Positions 30,170 to 44,136 of a DNA stretch of 64,000 bases are shown here, one piece after another. The notes beneath the pieces are model-generated. The model did not search any database. It had not been told where the DNA came from and was given only the letters and a program-made list of their open reading frames with translations. Position numbers and translations under genes: made by a program. Position 1 is the stretch's first letter. Each line of letters begins with the position of its first letter. Source of the DNA: the human T2T-CHM13v2.0 reference genome, Homo sapiens; the NCBI RefSeq assembly GCF_009914755.1, contig NC_060939.1; one strand, written 5' to 3'.

Positions 30170-30730
30170 AGCATAATTCATGAGAAAATACAAATTGTAA
30201 ACAAACATAGGGAAGATGTTCACTCTCCCTCGTAATCAGAGAAATGCAAATTAGAACAACATTGAGGAACCATTTTCTACCTACATAATTAGCAAAAATT
30301 AAGAAAACCTTAGCAAAGTTATTCTGAAATAGGTACATTCATACACAATTGGTGGCGGTGTAGATTTATAGAACACTTGAGGAAAGTAATATGGCAACAT
30401 CCATCAAGAGCCGTAAATATATTATGCCCACTGACCCTGGGAATTCACCCTAAGGAAATAATTCAAGGGTGCGGTGAGGGAATGCTATTTGTATGAAGAT
30501 GCTCACTGCAACATTCACTGTTAACACTGGAAACAATATTCAGCAGTAAGAGAATGGCTGAATAAACTGGGGGTACATCTGCTCCTGCAGTGTTATGAAG
30601 CCATTTAAAATGATAATTAAGAAGCCTAAGCAGCAACATAGCAATGTGGGTGAAAGAAAGCAGAATGCAAAACTGTCTCTGTACATTGTGGTTTTTCTGA
30701 TGTAAAAATATTGTGTGCATAAGGATATGG
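30170..30730 (+). mobile_element. Old L1 (L1M/L1ME) 3' fragment
   Basis: 'aagatgttcactctccctcgtaatcagagaaatgcaaattagaacaac', 'ccctaaggaaataattcaa'. Confidence 0.7.
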
Positions 30731-30816
30731 ACAGGCAGGAGCTGGGCACAAAGGAAGGCAACCTTCAGAGTTGGGGGTGATGGAAAGACCCCCTCCTCCT
30801 ATTATTTTTAGTATTA

Positions 30817-31266
<450 letters not shown>

Positions 31267-31913
31267 TCAAAGGACCTCTGGGATTAAATTGCTCAATGCC
31301 TTTTCTGTTTATCAGAAGATGCCAAGGCCACATGGTCTCATTAGCACCCAGAAGCTGAGGCTCAGGGTGATTATATAACTACCCTGAAGTCAACAGCAAG
31401 GAGAAGTCAAGAGCGGGATTAGAACACAGGTCTTCTGACTCCCACACAAGCCTTCTTTATAATTCAGACACATGGAAACCAAAATGGAGAGTGGCCTTTT
31501 AGTCCCTTGGCTTATAGACTATGCAGTCCAAGGCTTCATCCATCCCTCACCTAAGGTGAATGCCTAGTGTGGGAACAGGACAAGAAGGTAGCAATGATAC
31601 CCCAGTGGCTCTCCACATTGTAGGTGTTCAATGAATGTTGGGCTGAGTGAAAACAAGACTTTGGGCCAGATGTGGCCTCCTCTCTCTGGCAATGTCTGCC
31701 CTGGAGAGAGCAACCCCAACCTACGCTTTGCCAGGCTCTTTAACAGTGAGCAAGCTCTTCTCCATCTCCTGTTTAGGCTAGAGAAAGGACCATTCGGCTA
31801 GAGGCAGGGGATCCCTGGCATGACCTCCAGAGAGTAGGGCAACCTCTAGCTGGCAGCCATCTGATCCAATAGCCAATGTCTATTCATGATCAGCGGGATG
31901 CCAGTTGTAACCA

Positions 31914-32286
31914 TGTGCTGTTCAGAACTTCTGCGGGAGCATAATTGACCTATGGCCCCAGTGCTGAGTTTGAAATCCAGAGGCCACATTTCCCCTGCGC
32001 CACTTCCAGCTGGAACACAGCAGGGATACTAAGGTGGGCACACTCTTGGGAGATCTGGGACTCCTCTGATGGTTACCTTGGCTTTAAGATACCCCATCCT
32101 GGCAAACTTTCTTAGAACCGTGCTGTGGGTTAAGACTCTTTCTCCCAACTTTCCTTCCTTCCTTACATGTGATCTGTCAGCTGTCCCAGCCTCCTCAGCT
32201 TCCTCCCCACTTTCCCTCACAGATGCTTCCCCTAGTAAACCTCTTGCTCTTGGTATCTGCTTCTGGAGCAGCTCAAACTAACACAC
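31914..32286 (+). mobile_element. LTR16-like ERVL solo LTR
   Basis: 'gggagatctgggactcctctgatgg', ends 'cttggtatctgcttctggagcagctcaaactaacaca'. Confidence 0.65.
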
Positions 32287-32819
32287 CAAAGAAGTGCTGG
32301 GTGGTAGAGACAAGCCTTTTAGATTCCTTGTGGCACTGGCCTGCCTGCTCTGGAGCCCAGCTCTGGGGATAAGGTCAAGAGAAGCATGCCCTGGGCTGGC
32401 AGGGAGAACCTGGGGCAAGTCTTGGTTCTGCTAACTTCCATGGGGCCTTGGCACCTTGCCCCGCTGGACCATTGATGGATCCCCAACACCTGGCTCATAT
32501 TCACTGCCCTGGTGAATATTTGGGAAATGAATACAGCTTCCTCTAAATATAATTATCTTCCATTGATTCTTTATTCTTTTCTACTGATTTATCATCTGTC
32601 TTCTCCACTAGGTTGCAGCTCCGTGGGGGAGAGCCGTTTGTCTTGTTCCCTTCTCAGGGCCCAACAGAGTCCCTGGCACACTGGAGGTGCTTAATATATA
32701 CTTAGAAAATTAATTAATGAGCAAACTAATTGTGTGAAGCCTAGCCAAGCTGTTTCTCTTCTAGGGACCCTGGTTTTCTCACAGAAAATGAGGGGGTGGA
32801 CAGGAACAGGCAATTCCTG

Positions 32820-33770
32820 AATAATACTTGCAAGTAGCTAGTAATCATTTCAGAAAAGTGTTTAGTCTCATTAATCAAGTCTAAACAACAATTGGACACC
32901 ACTTTTCCTCCATCAAAACAGTGAAGATGCTTTAAAATGCTGGTAAAGGTTTCAAAACAATCTGAGGCTACATATCAGGAGACTTACTTTTAAGTCTTTA
33001 ATACTTTAATACTTTTATTCAGACTCTGGTCTCATAATTCCATTTCTAAGACTCTATCCTAAGGAAATAATCATAGCTGTGGAGAAAGATTTATGCACAG
33101 AGATGTTCCCTGAAGCATTATTTATAACAGTGGAAAATGGAAGCAATTTAAATGATAATAAATAATATGTGACTAGGCTATTGAGGCACCAGGCACGTTA
33201 TATATATATTTCTAATCGTCAAATAAGCCTGTGAATTAGGTATTTGAGCCTGTATTTCACAGATGGCATTTAGAGGTTATGTGACTTGCCCAAGGTCACA
33301 TAGCTAAGACAGTGAGTGGCAAAGCTGTGATTCAAACCCAGGTCTGTCTGGCCACATTTTGTCCACTGCCTCATGCCACCTCTCACCACAGGGTATTGGT
33401 TAAATGAATTATGACATCCATATGAAGGAATGCTAAGAGATGTATTCAGTTGTTTCTCAAAATGTTTAATGATATAAGGTCAAGTGAAATAAGCACTTTG
33501 TATACAAAGCCATTTCTATCAATCAATGCTGCATCTGTTGGCTAAATCAAATCTTTCAAATATGAAAATATATCAAATCTAAAATATGAAAACGATATAG
33601 ACATCGACAGATTTACCCCAAAATGGCTTTTGTGCTATCTCTGGATTGAGAAACTGAGTGATGCTAAGTTTTTTCTTTAAATGTATTCCCTAACTTACCA
33701 AAACTGAGCATCTATTTTATTTATAAACAGATGTAAAGCAATAAAAATTGTAAATATCTAACGAAGAAGA
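32820..33770 (+). mobile_element. Old L1 (L1ME-like) 3' fragment with a MIR-like segment inside (about 33170-33380)
   Basis: 'ataattccatttctaagactctatcctaaggaaataatc...agcattatttataacagtggaaaatgg'. Confidence 0.65.
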
Positions 33771-35744
33771 ATGGGTGTAAAGGATGAGTGTTCAAAGACT
33801 TTCTGACCTTTACAGTTTGAGAAAAATTCCTCTCTGAGCCCCAAGGCACTGGAAGGGGAGACAGCGACCTGCGTGGGTATCGTGGGGAAGGCGTGCCCCT
33901 TGGTGGCCCTGACGCTCTGCTAGATGGTTTTGGAGCACTCTTCTCTTTAGGTTGCATCTTTCCAAGAGCTTCCTTTGAGGTTTAGGGTTAGCGTAGAGAG
34001 ACTGGCTCAGTCACGGTTGTGGAGACTGACATGCTTGAACCTAGGAATGACCTGGCAGGTCTTGGCTGCAGCCATCAGCTCTGCTGAGCACTGGAGATTC
34101 TAAAAGGTCTCAGGCACCTTTCTGTCTCTTCCATCAATAGATGCTTCTGCTGTCTCTGCCTAGCAAATGGTCACGCTGGAGCTCATCCATTACACGCTCT
34201 TATTTTGGTGAGGGCACCACCTGGTGAAAAGCACACTCCACACACAACGAGCTAGCAAATGCTGACCTAAGTACTCTTTGCATTTCCTGCTTTTGATCTC
34301 TGCTGCCATCACTTTGGCTGCTCAGGGATATGTTAGGCACTAATTTTACTCTTTACTCTGAGAACCAGAAGGCTCAAAACCAAATCTAAAATCATTCCTT
34401 TTTTTTTTTCATATCCCTACAATTCTTCTAGAAATGGGATATCTACTTTCTTAATTTGATTACTCTACTTATCTTATAGAAACTCCAAAAGTCCCTTTGA
34501 AAAGAGGATGGAGAGTGACAGCTGACTGATCATGATGGAGAGCTGTGATTGCCATGCTTGGAACCTTTGTCCCTCAGCAGAGTGACTTGCACAGCCCCTC
34601 TCCCAGGCATCCCTTCTTCCTGGTGGTGGTCCCCATTCTCTTGAGTCACATGGCAGGCCAGGGACTGCTGTTTTTGGCTCAGGCAGAAGTTACAGTCACT
34701 TGTGTTTAGCCTGGTTCCGTTCTCTCTGGTTTTTTCTTTTCTCCCATTTCCCCCAGACATAGATTAATCACAAGTTAATAGGAACCAAAAGCTGAACAAT
34801 ACAGGAATCCTTCCAGAGTGGATTTTTCTGCCTTTCTTCCAGCTGCTATGAGATTTCTATCAATGCTGCATCTGTTGGCTAAATCAAATCTTTCAAAGGT
34901 AATACACGATCATGGCTGCTGGAATTAGTCTATGACAACCCAATTGTGGAGGGGACATTTAAGATCCCTGACACACAGGTGCTTTCTCTCTCAAGGTTAT
35001 TCCTGTATAAAGGAGGATGGTTTCTTTGTGTGTGCTGCAAATAATTGATAAAGGGAATGAAGAGTTGGAGAATCTCACCAGCCACTTCTTCCTTCCCAGG
35101 GCATGGATTCAATCTCTGTGCAGCAGCCTTGCCGGAAGGGCACAGACCAGAGAGAGGCTGGAGCTGGGTGGCTAGGGCTTTCTTTGGCTGGGGGCTGGGA
35201 TTACTTTTTCTGCCTAGGAAAGATGCTCAAGACCTTGCACACTGTTGTGGTGGGGGCTTTGTTGTAAGTTCTGCAGAAGGCAGGGAGCTTTGAGGCTAGG
35301 CTTCTAGGGATCCCACGTTCCTTATCTCAGGGAGTTGGGTGGAAGCTTCACGTTCAAAGACCACAGGAAAACATTTCCCCCACTGGGTTGATGAAAGGTG
35401 ATGGACAGATTGGGAAACGTATGCATAGAGAGGAGAAGAAGGACGTATATCTTATGTGCATATATCAAGTGCCCTTATTACGGATACTTGCTTAGACAGA
35501 GATAGGTTTGAGGGCAGGACTCAGAAGTCCCAATCCCCACTCAGTACCTGAACTTTAACTGTCTTAAGATTAGAAGTCACAGAGTCATTCCTTTGCTTTT
35601 CTTGAATCTCAAGAGAAGACTCTATAATGGGCCAAAAAAGGCTCATGGGAAGAGAGGGGCTGCCCTCCATCCACATAGAGGAAGAGAGCTGTTTTCTGGT
35701 GTCCATAAGAACAATCAAGCGCAGCACGAGAGAGTTCATTTAGC

Positions 35745-35980
35745 CCAGAGGCTCTCAACCTCTGGGAATTTTTCCTGCCCCACCCCACCCTGGGACATCC
35801 GGCAATGTCTGGAAACATTTCTGATTGTCAGAACTTGGGCAGTGGAAGAAGGGTGCTACTGGCATCTAGTGGGTAGAGGCCAGGGATGCTGCTCAACATT
35901 CTACAAAGCACAGGACAGCCCTCTACAACAAAGAATTACCCAGCCCAAAATGTTCATGGTGGCAAGGTTGAGAAACCCTA
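35745..35980. mobile_element. MER20 hAT fossil
   Basis: 'ggcaatgtctggaaacatttctgattgtca...tgctactggcatctagtgggtagaggccagggatgctgc...aaagaattacccagcccaaaatgt'. Confidence 0.85.
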
Positions 35981-36854
35981 ACTTCAACTGAACAAAAACT
36001 TTGTGCCAGGGGCTCAGTCACTGGGCCAGTGTACCAAGAGAAAGGGAGAAATATGTTTTTTTAAAAAATAGGGTTGACGTCAGCTAATGGGTAGAACCTC
36101 CTAGAGGGATGGGCTGTTTAAGATGAGTTCAGGGACTCCTCTTACTGAAGGCCTACTCTGTGCAGGCACCGTGCAATGCTGAGGCTAGAGGCCACAGGGA
36201 TGGACAAGCCAGGCTGCTGGTGCCCTCAAGGAGGTGGTGATGCAGACTCAGAGGAGACCAGGCTGGGGAGTAGACTGGTGGGCACGCTCAGAGCCCCCAC
36301 TCTGAAGAACTGCTACTCCCTCCCAGTCCCTGAAACATGATACGTTTTAAAGACAGTAAAGCAAATAATCATCAATATTGGATGGGCTGAGATTAGCGGG
36401 AGAGAAGAGGGGGAGTCCTTTCAGATTAATAATGCATCGAGGACTCCTTCAGAGGAAGGATGAATTATACAGGGCATGGTTGCCCAGGCACAGGAGGAAA
36501 ACAGTAACCCTTTAATTTGGGGCTTGGTTAGATTTCTGTGGCAGGAGCTCCCTGCATTGGACCCCGGCATCAGCCTTGCTTCCTGTCTTGGAGAGGGTCC
36601 TCCCTCAGCTTCCCAGCAGGAGCGACAGATTCTGGAATCTTAATATTTAGACACATGCAACAGTCTGAGCCAGCTGCCCAGTCCCCTGACCAGCCATATG
36701 AGATTTCTGTAATTAGCGCCTTGGAGCTCTCACTCTGCTCTCCAAACCCAGCCCAGATGCCACCTCTTCTAGGAAGCCTTCCCTGACCAGCATCACATAG
36801 TCCTGGGTCACAGTTACTTGGGCACATGTTGGGACCCAGCAGGGCCAGCCACAT

Positions 36855-37045
36855 ATATTTCATCAGTTCTAAGATGTACTTCTCCTCTACATTTTCACAT
36901 CTCTGATATTGGGTAATTCATATCTCTGATATTGGCTATACAATCAATGGTATGTCATGGTTCAGTTGATAGAATTTTCCTAGTAGTAACCCAAATAAAG
37001 CTATGCCTCACTACTGGTATTGTCTTGTATTTGAAGAAATACGGT
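36855..37045. mobile_element. MER104-like (Tc2/Kanga) MITE
   Basis: Inverted ends 'tatttcatcagttctaagatg' and 'tcttgtatttgaagaaatacggta'. Confidence 0.6.
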
Positions 37046-38285
37046 AGAAGGTGCTCGGGGTTTCCTCCTCATAGCCCAGCCCTGTGGGCGCTCAGTGTTT
37101 GTTGAATGAATGACCGAGTGAATGAATGCTCAGGTCATGGACAGGCCAGCTCCACTGGCTCTAGCACCCTCTCTGGACAGTCTCTTTCCCGGGCCTTCCA
37201 CCTCTGCCTCACACCACCCCAGCTGCTCCACTCCAGGGAGGGAGGACCTTTTAGTTTAACTCGTTAACACTTGCCGACATGCCTCTGCTTGCAGTGAACG
37301 AGGCTCCAGAGTGATTTGTGAAAGATCAAAGCCTGGAAATGAAGAGGGGCCCAGGCTAAGTCCTGGCCGTCCCAGCGACAGGGCTGCAAAGCAGAGGGAT
37401 TCTCTGTCTGCCCTGCCAACAGCAGCAGCACCCATGCCCAGGGTGGCCGGTCTTCCCTGGGCTGTCCGTAGGCCTGAGGGAGAAGGGATGCTCCCCTGAC
37501 CTTCATCACCCAGATAAGAGGCAGCCACGATAAAGGGCTGTGGGGGCGTTCATCCAGGGCTGACAGTCTCAATTGTTACCTGGGGCAGTGCCAGCTGGTG
37601 CGTGAAGCGGGCAGGGAGGGGAGCTGGGAGCAGTAGCCCAGAACAGCTCTGCCTTCACAGGTTCAGGCTCCTTTGGAAGTGGGGGGTGGAGGGACAACTT
37701 CTGCCCGGATGTCCCCAAGCCACAAACGACACAGAGTGCTGGGGGAGGGGCTGGCCCCAAGTTCAGGCCCTGATAAAGGGCTGCCCCTGTTGTTCCTGCT
37801 CCTCTAGCCTTGCCAGGGTCTGTTGGGACAACCCTCCTTAGGCCCTGGATGGCCCTCGTGATTTTTAAGGTCCCTTCGAGTCCTGACCTTCTGCAGCTCA
37901 AGCCTCTACTTCTGCCCTGGTGCCCGTGTCTCTGGTTGGATGCCACGCAAGTGGAGGGAAATATTCTCCAGGACAATGTGCTCAGAGCTTGTGGCACCCG
38001 AGCCCTGCCATCCTAGCCCCCAGGGTCATGCAGCTGTGCTCCACCCCACCTCCTTGTTCTCTCCTTGCTCCCATGTGTGGAGTCTCAGACAGGCACATTT
38101 GGAAATGCAGGTAGCCAGGTGGGGTGGACAGAGGTGAGTGATCTGGCTCTAGTCCTGACTGTGGCTATGTGGCCTTGGCTTCCCCTTCTTTTCATCAAAG
38201 TGGTTCTCAGGGCTCAGTGCTGAGGTCCTAGCCCTTTCCCCCACCTGCCTGGATGTCCATGCTAGAGGTGGGGGGCCACATCCTA

Positions 38286-38609
<324 letters not shown>

Positions 38610-38842
38610 TCACCTGTGCTTCAAGATCCTCCAGGATGTGGTCCTCCTGGCCATCTGGCCCAGGCCTGGTGTGCTCCACGCTGCTCACAGCCTCCTCCCC
38701 TTTTCTCTCTCCTCCTCCAGGAAGTAGTCCATGGTTTAGTTCGCCCCAGTCATTTCTGCCTTTCATGCCAGGTCGGCTCAGTCCCCCCAGCAATGAGTTT
38801 GTACCACCATATTTTATTGATTCCAAGCCTAATAATTTTTAA

Positions 38843-39016
38843 AAATTAAAGTTGTGGTGAAATATACAGGTTATGGTTTAAATGTTTCTCTCAAAATTCT
38901 CATTGAAACTTAACACCCAATGCAATGGTATTAGGAGGTGTGGCCTTTGGGAGGTGATTAGGGTATGAATGGATTAGTGCTTTCATAAAAGGGGCTGGAG
39001 GGAGCCAGTGAGGTCC

Positions 39017-39051
<35 letters not shown>

Positions 39052-39430
39052 TTTTTTTTTTTTTTTTTTTTTTTTGGCTCTTCTATTCTTTTCGCCCTCT
39101 GAGGATGCAGGCTTCAAGGCACCATTTTGGAAGCAGAGATTGGGGCCCTCATCAGACACCAAACCTGTCGGCCCCTTGATCTTGAACTTCTCAGCCTCCA
39201 GAACTGTGAGAATCAATGTCCATTGTTTATAAATTACTCAGTCTTGGGTATTTTGTTATAGCAGCATGAGCAGACTAAGACAGTACACCCCATAGAATTG
39301 ACTATTTTAACCACGTACAGTTCAGTGGCATTAAGCACATTCGCACTGTTGTGCCACATCACCACCACCCATCTCCAGAATGTTTCCGTCTTCCCAAACT
39401 GAAACTCTGCACCCATTAAACAAAAAACTG
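38843..39430 (-). mobile_element. L1MB-like 3' end split by the MST/MLT1A LTR
   Basis: 'ttgtggtgaaatataca' [LTR] '...gtacagttcagtggcattaagcacattc...cccaaactgaaactctgcacccattaaacaa'. Confidence 0.7.
38868..39282 (+). mobile_element. MaLR solo LTR (MST/MLT1A-like) carrying a (TTTC)n-T tract at 39018-39075
   Basis: 'cctttgggaggtgattaggg...cttgatcttgaacttctcagcctccagaactgtgaga...ttgttatagcagcatgagcagactaagaca'. Confidence 0.85.
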
Positions 39431-39456
39431 TTTAGGTAGGTTTAAAAACACCTTGC

Positions 39457-39731
39457 TTTTTTTGTTTGTTTGAGATGGAGTCTCACTCTGTTGCCCAGGC
39501 TGGAATGGCATGATCTTGCTGCAACGTCCGCCTCCCAGGTTCAAGCTATTCTCCTGCCTCAGCCTCCCGAGTAGCTGGGACTACAGGGGTGCACTGCCAC
39601 GCCCAACTAATTTTTGTATTTTTACTAGAGACGGGGTTTCACCATGTTGTCCAGGATGGTCTCAATCTCTTGACCTCATGATCCGCCTGCCTCGGTCTCC
39701 CAAAGTGCTGGGATTACAGGCATGAGCCACC
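39457..39731 (-). mobile_element. AluSc-like
   Basis: Reverse Alu dimer. Confidence 0.9.
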
Positions 39732-42700
39732 TTGTTTTTAAAAGATATTTTTATATCTCTGAAATTAGATAAGTCTTGTAATTGGTGACATGTCATAGTT
39801 TAATTGCCAGTGTTTTTCATTCTTTGCAGCATATGAAACAGTGATGCATCTTACGATCAGTGGCACCTTAGGTTTGATGAAATGGGGTGATTTTGTTTCT
39901 ATACAGTATCTCTGGTTTTTGAGCCTTTGGGCCAGATGTACAGTCTCTCTTGTCCTACTGGGAGACATATCTCCTCCCTGACTGCGGATTTTCCCTCGAG
40001 TAGAGGAAGCGTCTTCCTGCATTGGACTATAGAATGCCCTGTGACAAGGCTATTTTCCCTTCCTTGGAAGAAGGTCCCCTCAAGGTAGGGTCTGAGTCTC
40101 TCCCATCAGCCTGTGAGCCCCTAAGGAGGAAGCCTGGGACCACCTTTGTGTCCTGTGTGTGTCTGGGCTAGTACTTGGAGATCCCAACATAAGGATAATT
40201 ATTCAACTTCATTTAACCCACAGCCATGGGTGTGGCTCCTCCGTGGGCGAGTGTGACCCCCCACTGCTGACCACCTGGTTTCCTGAATGTGCCTCAACAC
40301 CCCTTACCCCCACCCTGGGCTCTTTCCCAGAGGATGCAGACTTATTGTCACAGCAACTAGATCCGGATAAGTCAAGGGTTAAACCTGGAGGAATAGGGGT
40401 AAAAGAGGGGGATGACTTCTGGCATCCCAAAGACAAATGGAAATGGCCTCTAGCCTCTGGGGTTCTGGGATATCTTTGTTCCAGCACTGATTCAACAGTG
40501 CGGATAATGGAGAACTAACCTAAAGCTCTGACATCCTCTTCTTTTTCATAAAATGGGACGATACTCACTAAACCTCATCGGGTTCTGTAAGAATTAAATG
40601 GGATAATGCGTGTAAACATTTAGAAAGGCGCCCAGACCATAATTGGGGCTCAATTAGAAAAGTTAGTTATTTTCACTAGTACTCATGTTAATATTGTTTT
40701 CAACAGTTCTTATAACAGAGCCCATCTGACCTTCTGGCCTTAAATTCAGGCATGAAAAAGCCCAAAGGGAAAAATTCTAAAATGTTAATAGTAGAGTGGA
40801 TTTAAGGAGTTAGTGTTTTAATTATCATATGTTTCCATTTTCCAGGCTTTCTGTATATCTTCTACAGTAATCAGAGGGGAAAAGCAATTTAAAAAAAAAT
40901 ACAGCTCTAACTTCTTTACTATGTATTTTGGAGGATCGTGGGGGTGGAAGTATTCTTCTACAGACAGGGCAGGGAGATTCTGTGTCTGGATGACTCAGTT
41001 GTCTATGGTGAGGGTGAGTGGTCAGACCCTCGTGGATGTGGCAGGGCCAGCTAGCAAGTGTGTGGGGGATGAGAGCAGCCAGTGTGTGGGGCACCAGCCT
41101 TGGCAACTTGAGACTAGGGTGTCCTTGTCTCTGTTCTGTGCCTTTGCTGCTCTGTGCCCACAGTGACAAGGAGAAGAGGACGGTGACTGGGGTCTGGCCT
41201 TGAGTGCTTCCTTCCCAAGAAGATGCCACTAGCTCTCCCCTCTCAGAGCCACTGTAGCAAAGGAGTGATCTGGCAGAATAGTGGGGCAGCAGGGATCATG
41301 ATGACAACACCCCTGGGCACCGTATACTGAGGGGCTTCCAGCTGCTCAGGCCCCAGAGCCTGTCCCCAGCCCCTGGAGCAGCACATATTCTCATCACCCT
41401 CACTTTAGAGTTAAGGAGGCTGCCATGAGACAAGTGAGGCAACTGCTCCAAGCTCACGCAGCCTGCATGTGGCTAAGATGACCCCAGATTGTCTTTCTGC
41501 AAATCTTGTCATATTTCAGCCAATCTGAGGCCTCATGAAGGGAAAGAGAGCAGAAAAGAGAGGGAAGAGGAGGCAAGAAAGAAGGTGATGTCTGGAGAAG
41601 GAATGGAAAGTAGAAGACAGAAGGAGGAGAAGTAGAATGGGGGAAGGGAAGGAGGGAAACTGAGGCAGAAGGGGAGGAAAAAGAGCAGCTGAAGACCCAA
41701 ATAATCACTATCTGAGTTGCCAGCCCCTGTTCAGCCTGCAAATGGATTTCTCCAGAAGTCACTGTGCTTTGCTGGCCTCGAATGTCTCAAATGTCGGGTG
41801 AAAAACTCAAACCAGATACCTCCTGATACCTGTTCCTTTTCAAACATTCCTGCTCCCTCCTGCTTAGCAGGACTGGACAGAGCCCTGAACCCTAAACTCC
41901 TCTGAAGGGCAATTCCCTAGCCCACTATATTTTTGGGGTGCCTGGATCTACAGCCCCAGAAAAACAATCTGGAAATGAAATATTGACAACCTAATTCATT
42001 TACATAATCAGCCTCTTTTTTTTTTCCCTACTCACAATTTAAACAACTTATTTATTTAGAGATCAAGCAACGATGGCTAATGAATTTTACACAAAGCATG
42101 CTAATAATGGGGCCTGCGGAACAGAAGGATAATCACAGCAGGAATTAGTTTTCTACTTAAACATCCTTCCTTTGCACCATATCAATCTAATGTGTCCAAT
42201 ATTGCCATTAACAACCAGATACATTGCTCAATTAAATTACAAAATGAGCTGCAAAGCCCTCGTTACATTTCGTGTTTAATTTGCACTGGTTTCTGCCTAT
42301 CCGGGGAGGCCTGCATTATTACACCCACTCAACTTTAATATGCTCATGATGATTTGGGGTGGGTTAATGCAGCTGTCACCTACGAAATTAATGGAGGCAA
42401 TTTTACAAAATATTAAACACCAGGCAGCCCGTTTAGGTGAGAAGCCCAAATGCTGCCTGGCCTCCTATTGAACCCTCCTGTGGTTGATTGGCAAAGCTTG
42501 CTGGAGGGCCCCTTGGCTTTAGGGGTTCCTCTCTGCCCAGGATCATGGACCAGGCTCCAACAAGCAGAGAGATTTTGGATTCTTTCTCTATTTGGCACAT
42601 CTCGACAGGGAAAATCGACAGCACCAATGAGCTAGGGTCTACTGGTATGGAGTCCAGCCGGCTAGAGCCCTGGGCCTGCTCATTTCCAACAACAAGCGGG

Positions 42701-43998
42701 CGGTTTGCACTCTCATGAGAAAGTGGACTGAAAAAGGAGTCCTGTGCTGGCTTGAGGATCTTCCTGATTCCAGTCCGTACTGGCTCATCCTGAGCATTTC
42801 CTTATTTGGGGAGATGGTGAGGATGGGAACATGCACTCAATGTTTCAGCCCTCTCTCCCATGGGTCAGGGAGGGATGGATCCCCAGATGCCACACCCCAC
42901 GTTCTATGCTGGGGAACAGTGTTGATGAACACTGGCTCACAAAGAGATCAGATCTGGCTTAAAAGACTTCCAGCTGGAGGTAAATAAGCCCAAGGCTAAT
43001 GGACAATCTCTTTTCTGGACATCACTAAGGATTTGGGGCTGATTCTAGTGGGAGCTGGAGGAGCCCCGATTATGTCTATTAGAAATGGAGGGATTCATTG
43101 GTTAACTCAGCCTACATCCCGGCTTTCTGATGTCACCCAGGCATGGAATGATGAAAAATGTTTCCTCATTTTGTCTGAGAAGAGTATAAAGTCCAAGAGC
43201 CAGAAATGAAACATGGATCCCCACAGAACCAGGCATGGGGTGTGGGGGCTGCCTCTGTACGGCCCTTCTCTGCTTGAAGAGATCCATGTGGTCAAGAGTG
43301 AGAGGGAGGAGACTTGGCCTGGGTTCTGTGGGTTTCAAATATCTTTTTCCAGCTTCCAATCTACTCACCATCACACACACCGGTTGCTGTTTCTCCCTTT
43401 TCCTCTGCACCTGCCCTGTCATCATGGCCTCCTTCTTCCCGCTGTGGCACATGTGCACACATGGCATTCCCCAGTTCTGTGTTTTTTTGATTATCCACTC
43501 TGCAAGGCTGGTTTCATTCCAGGACATTGGCACCGTCCTTCAGTCTGCTCTTAAGCCACAAGCCTTCAGAGGATGCAAACTGATGCCAGTATCCTTTTGG
43601 TGGAACCCAAATTAGGACTAAAAATGCCCTTCCAGAAGAAATCGTGCAAAACATATGAATGAAGTGATTTTGTACTCTCAGCTTCCTTGGATTATCTGTG
43701 CCATTGCCTCCCTCTATGAGTGCAGAGAGTAGAGAGTGGGGGCAGGTGCTCACCTCCTTCCCCCAGGTGAGCCCATTTAAATTCAGGGCTTGGGCCACTA
43801 GGCTAGAGAAGAGGGTGTCTCTGCAGGCCGAGGGTGAGGAGGGATCAGGTGCCAACCCTCCCTGGCAGGAGAGCTCAGAGTGCTTTCTGAGAAAGGAACT
43901 GGAAGGCTGGCAGAGAGAGGGCTATGAGCTGTTCTCTGCAAGTCTCCTATGAATATGAGTAAAATGGACAGCAAAGATAACAGTTAACACTATCCTTA

Positions 43999-44136
<138 letters not shown>

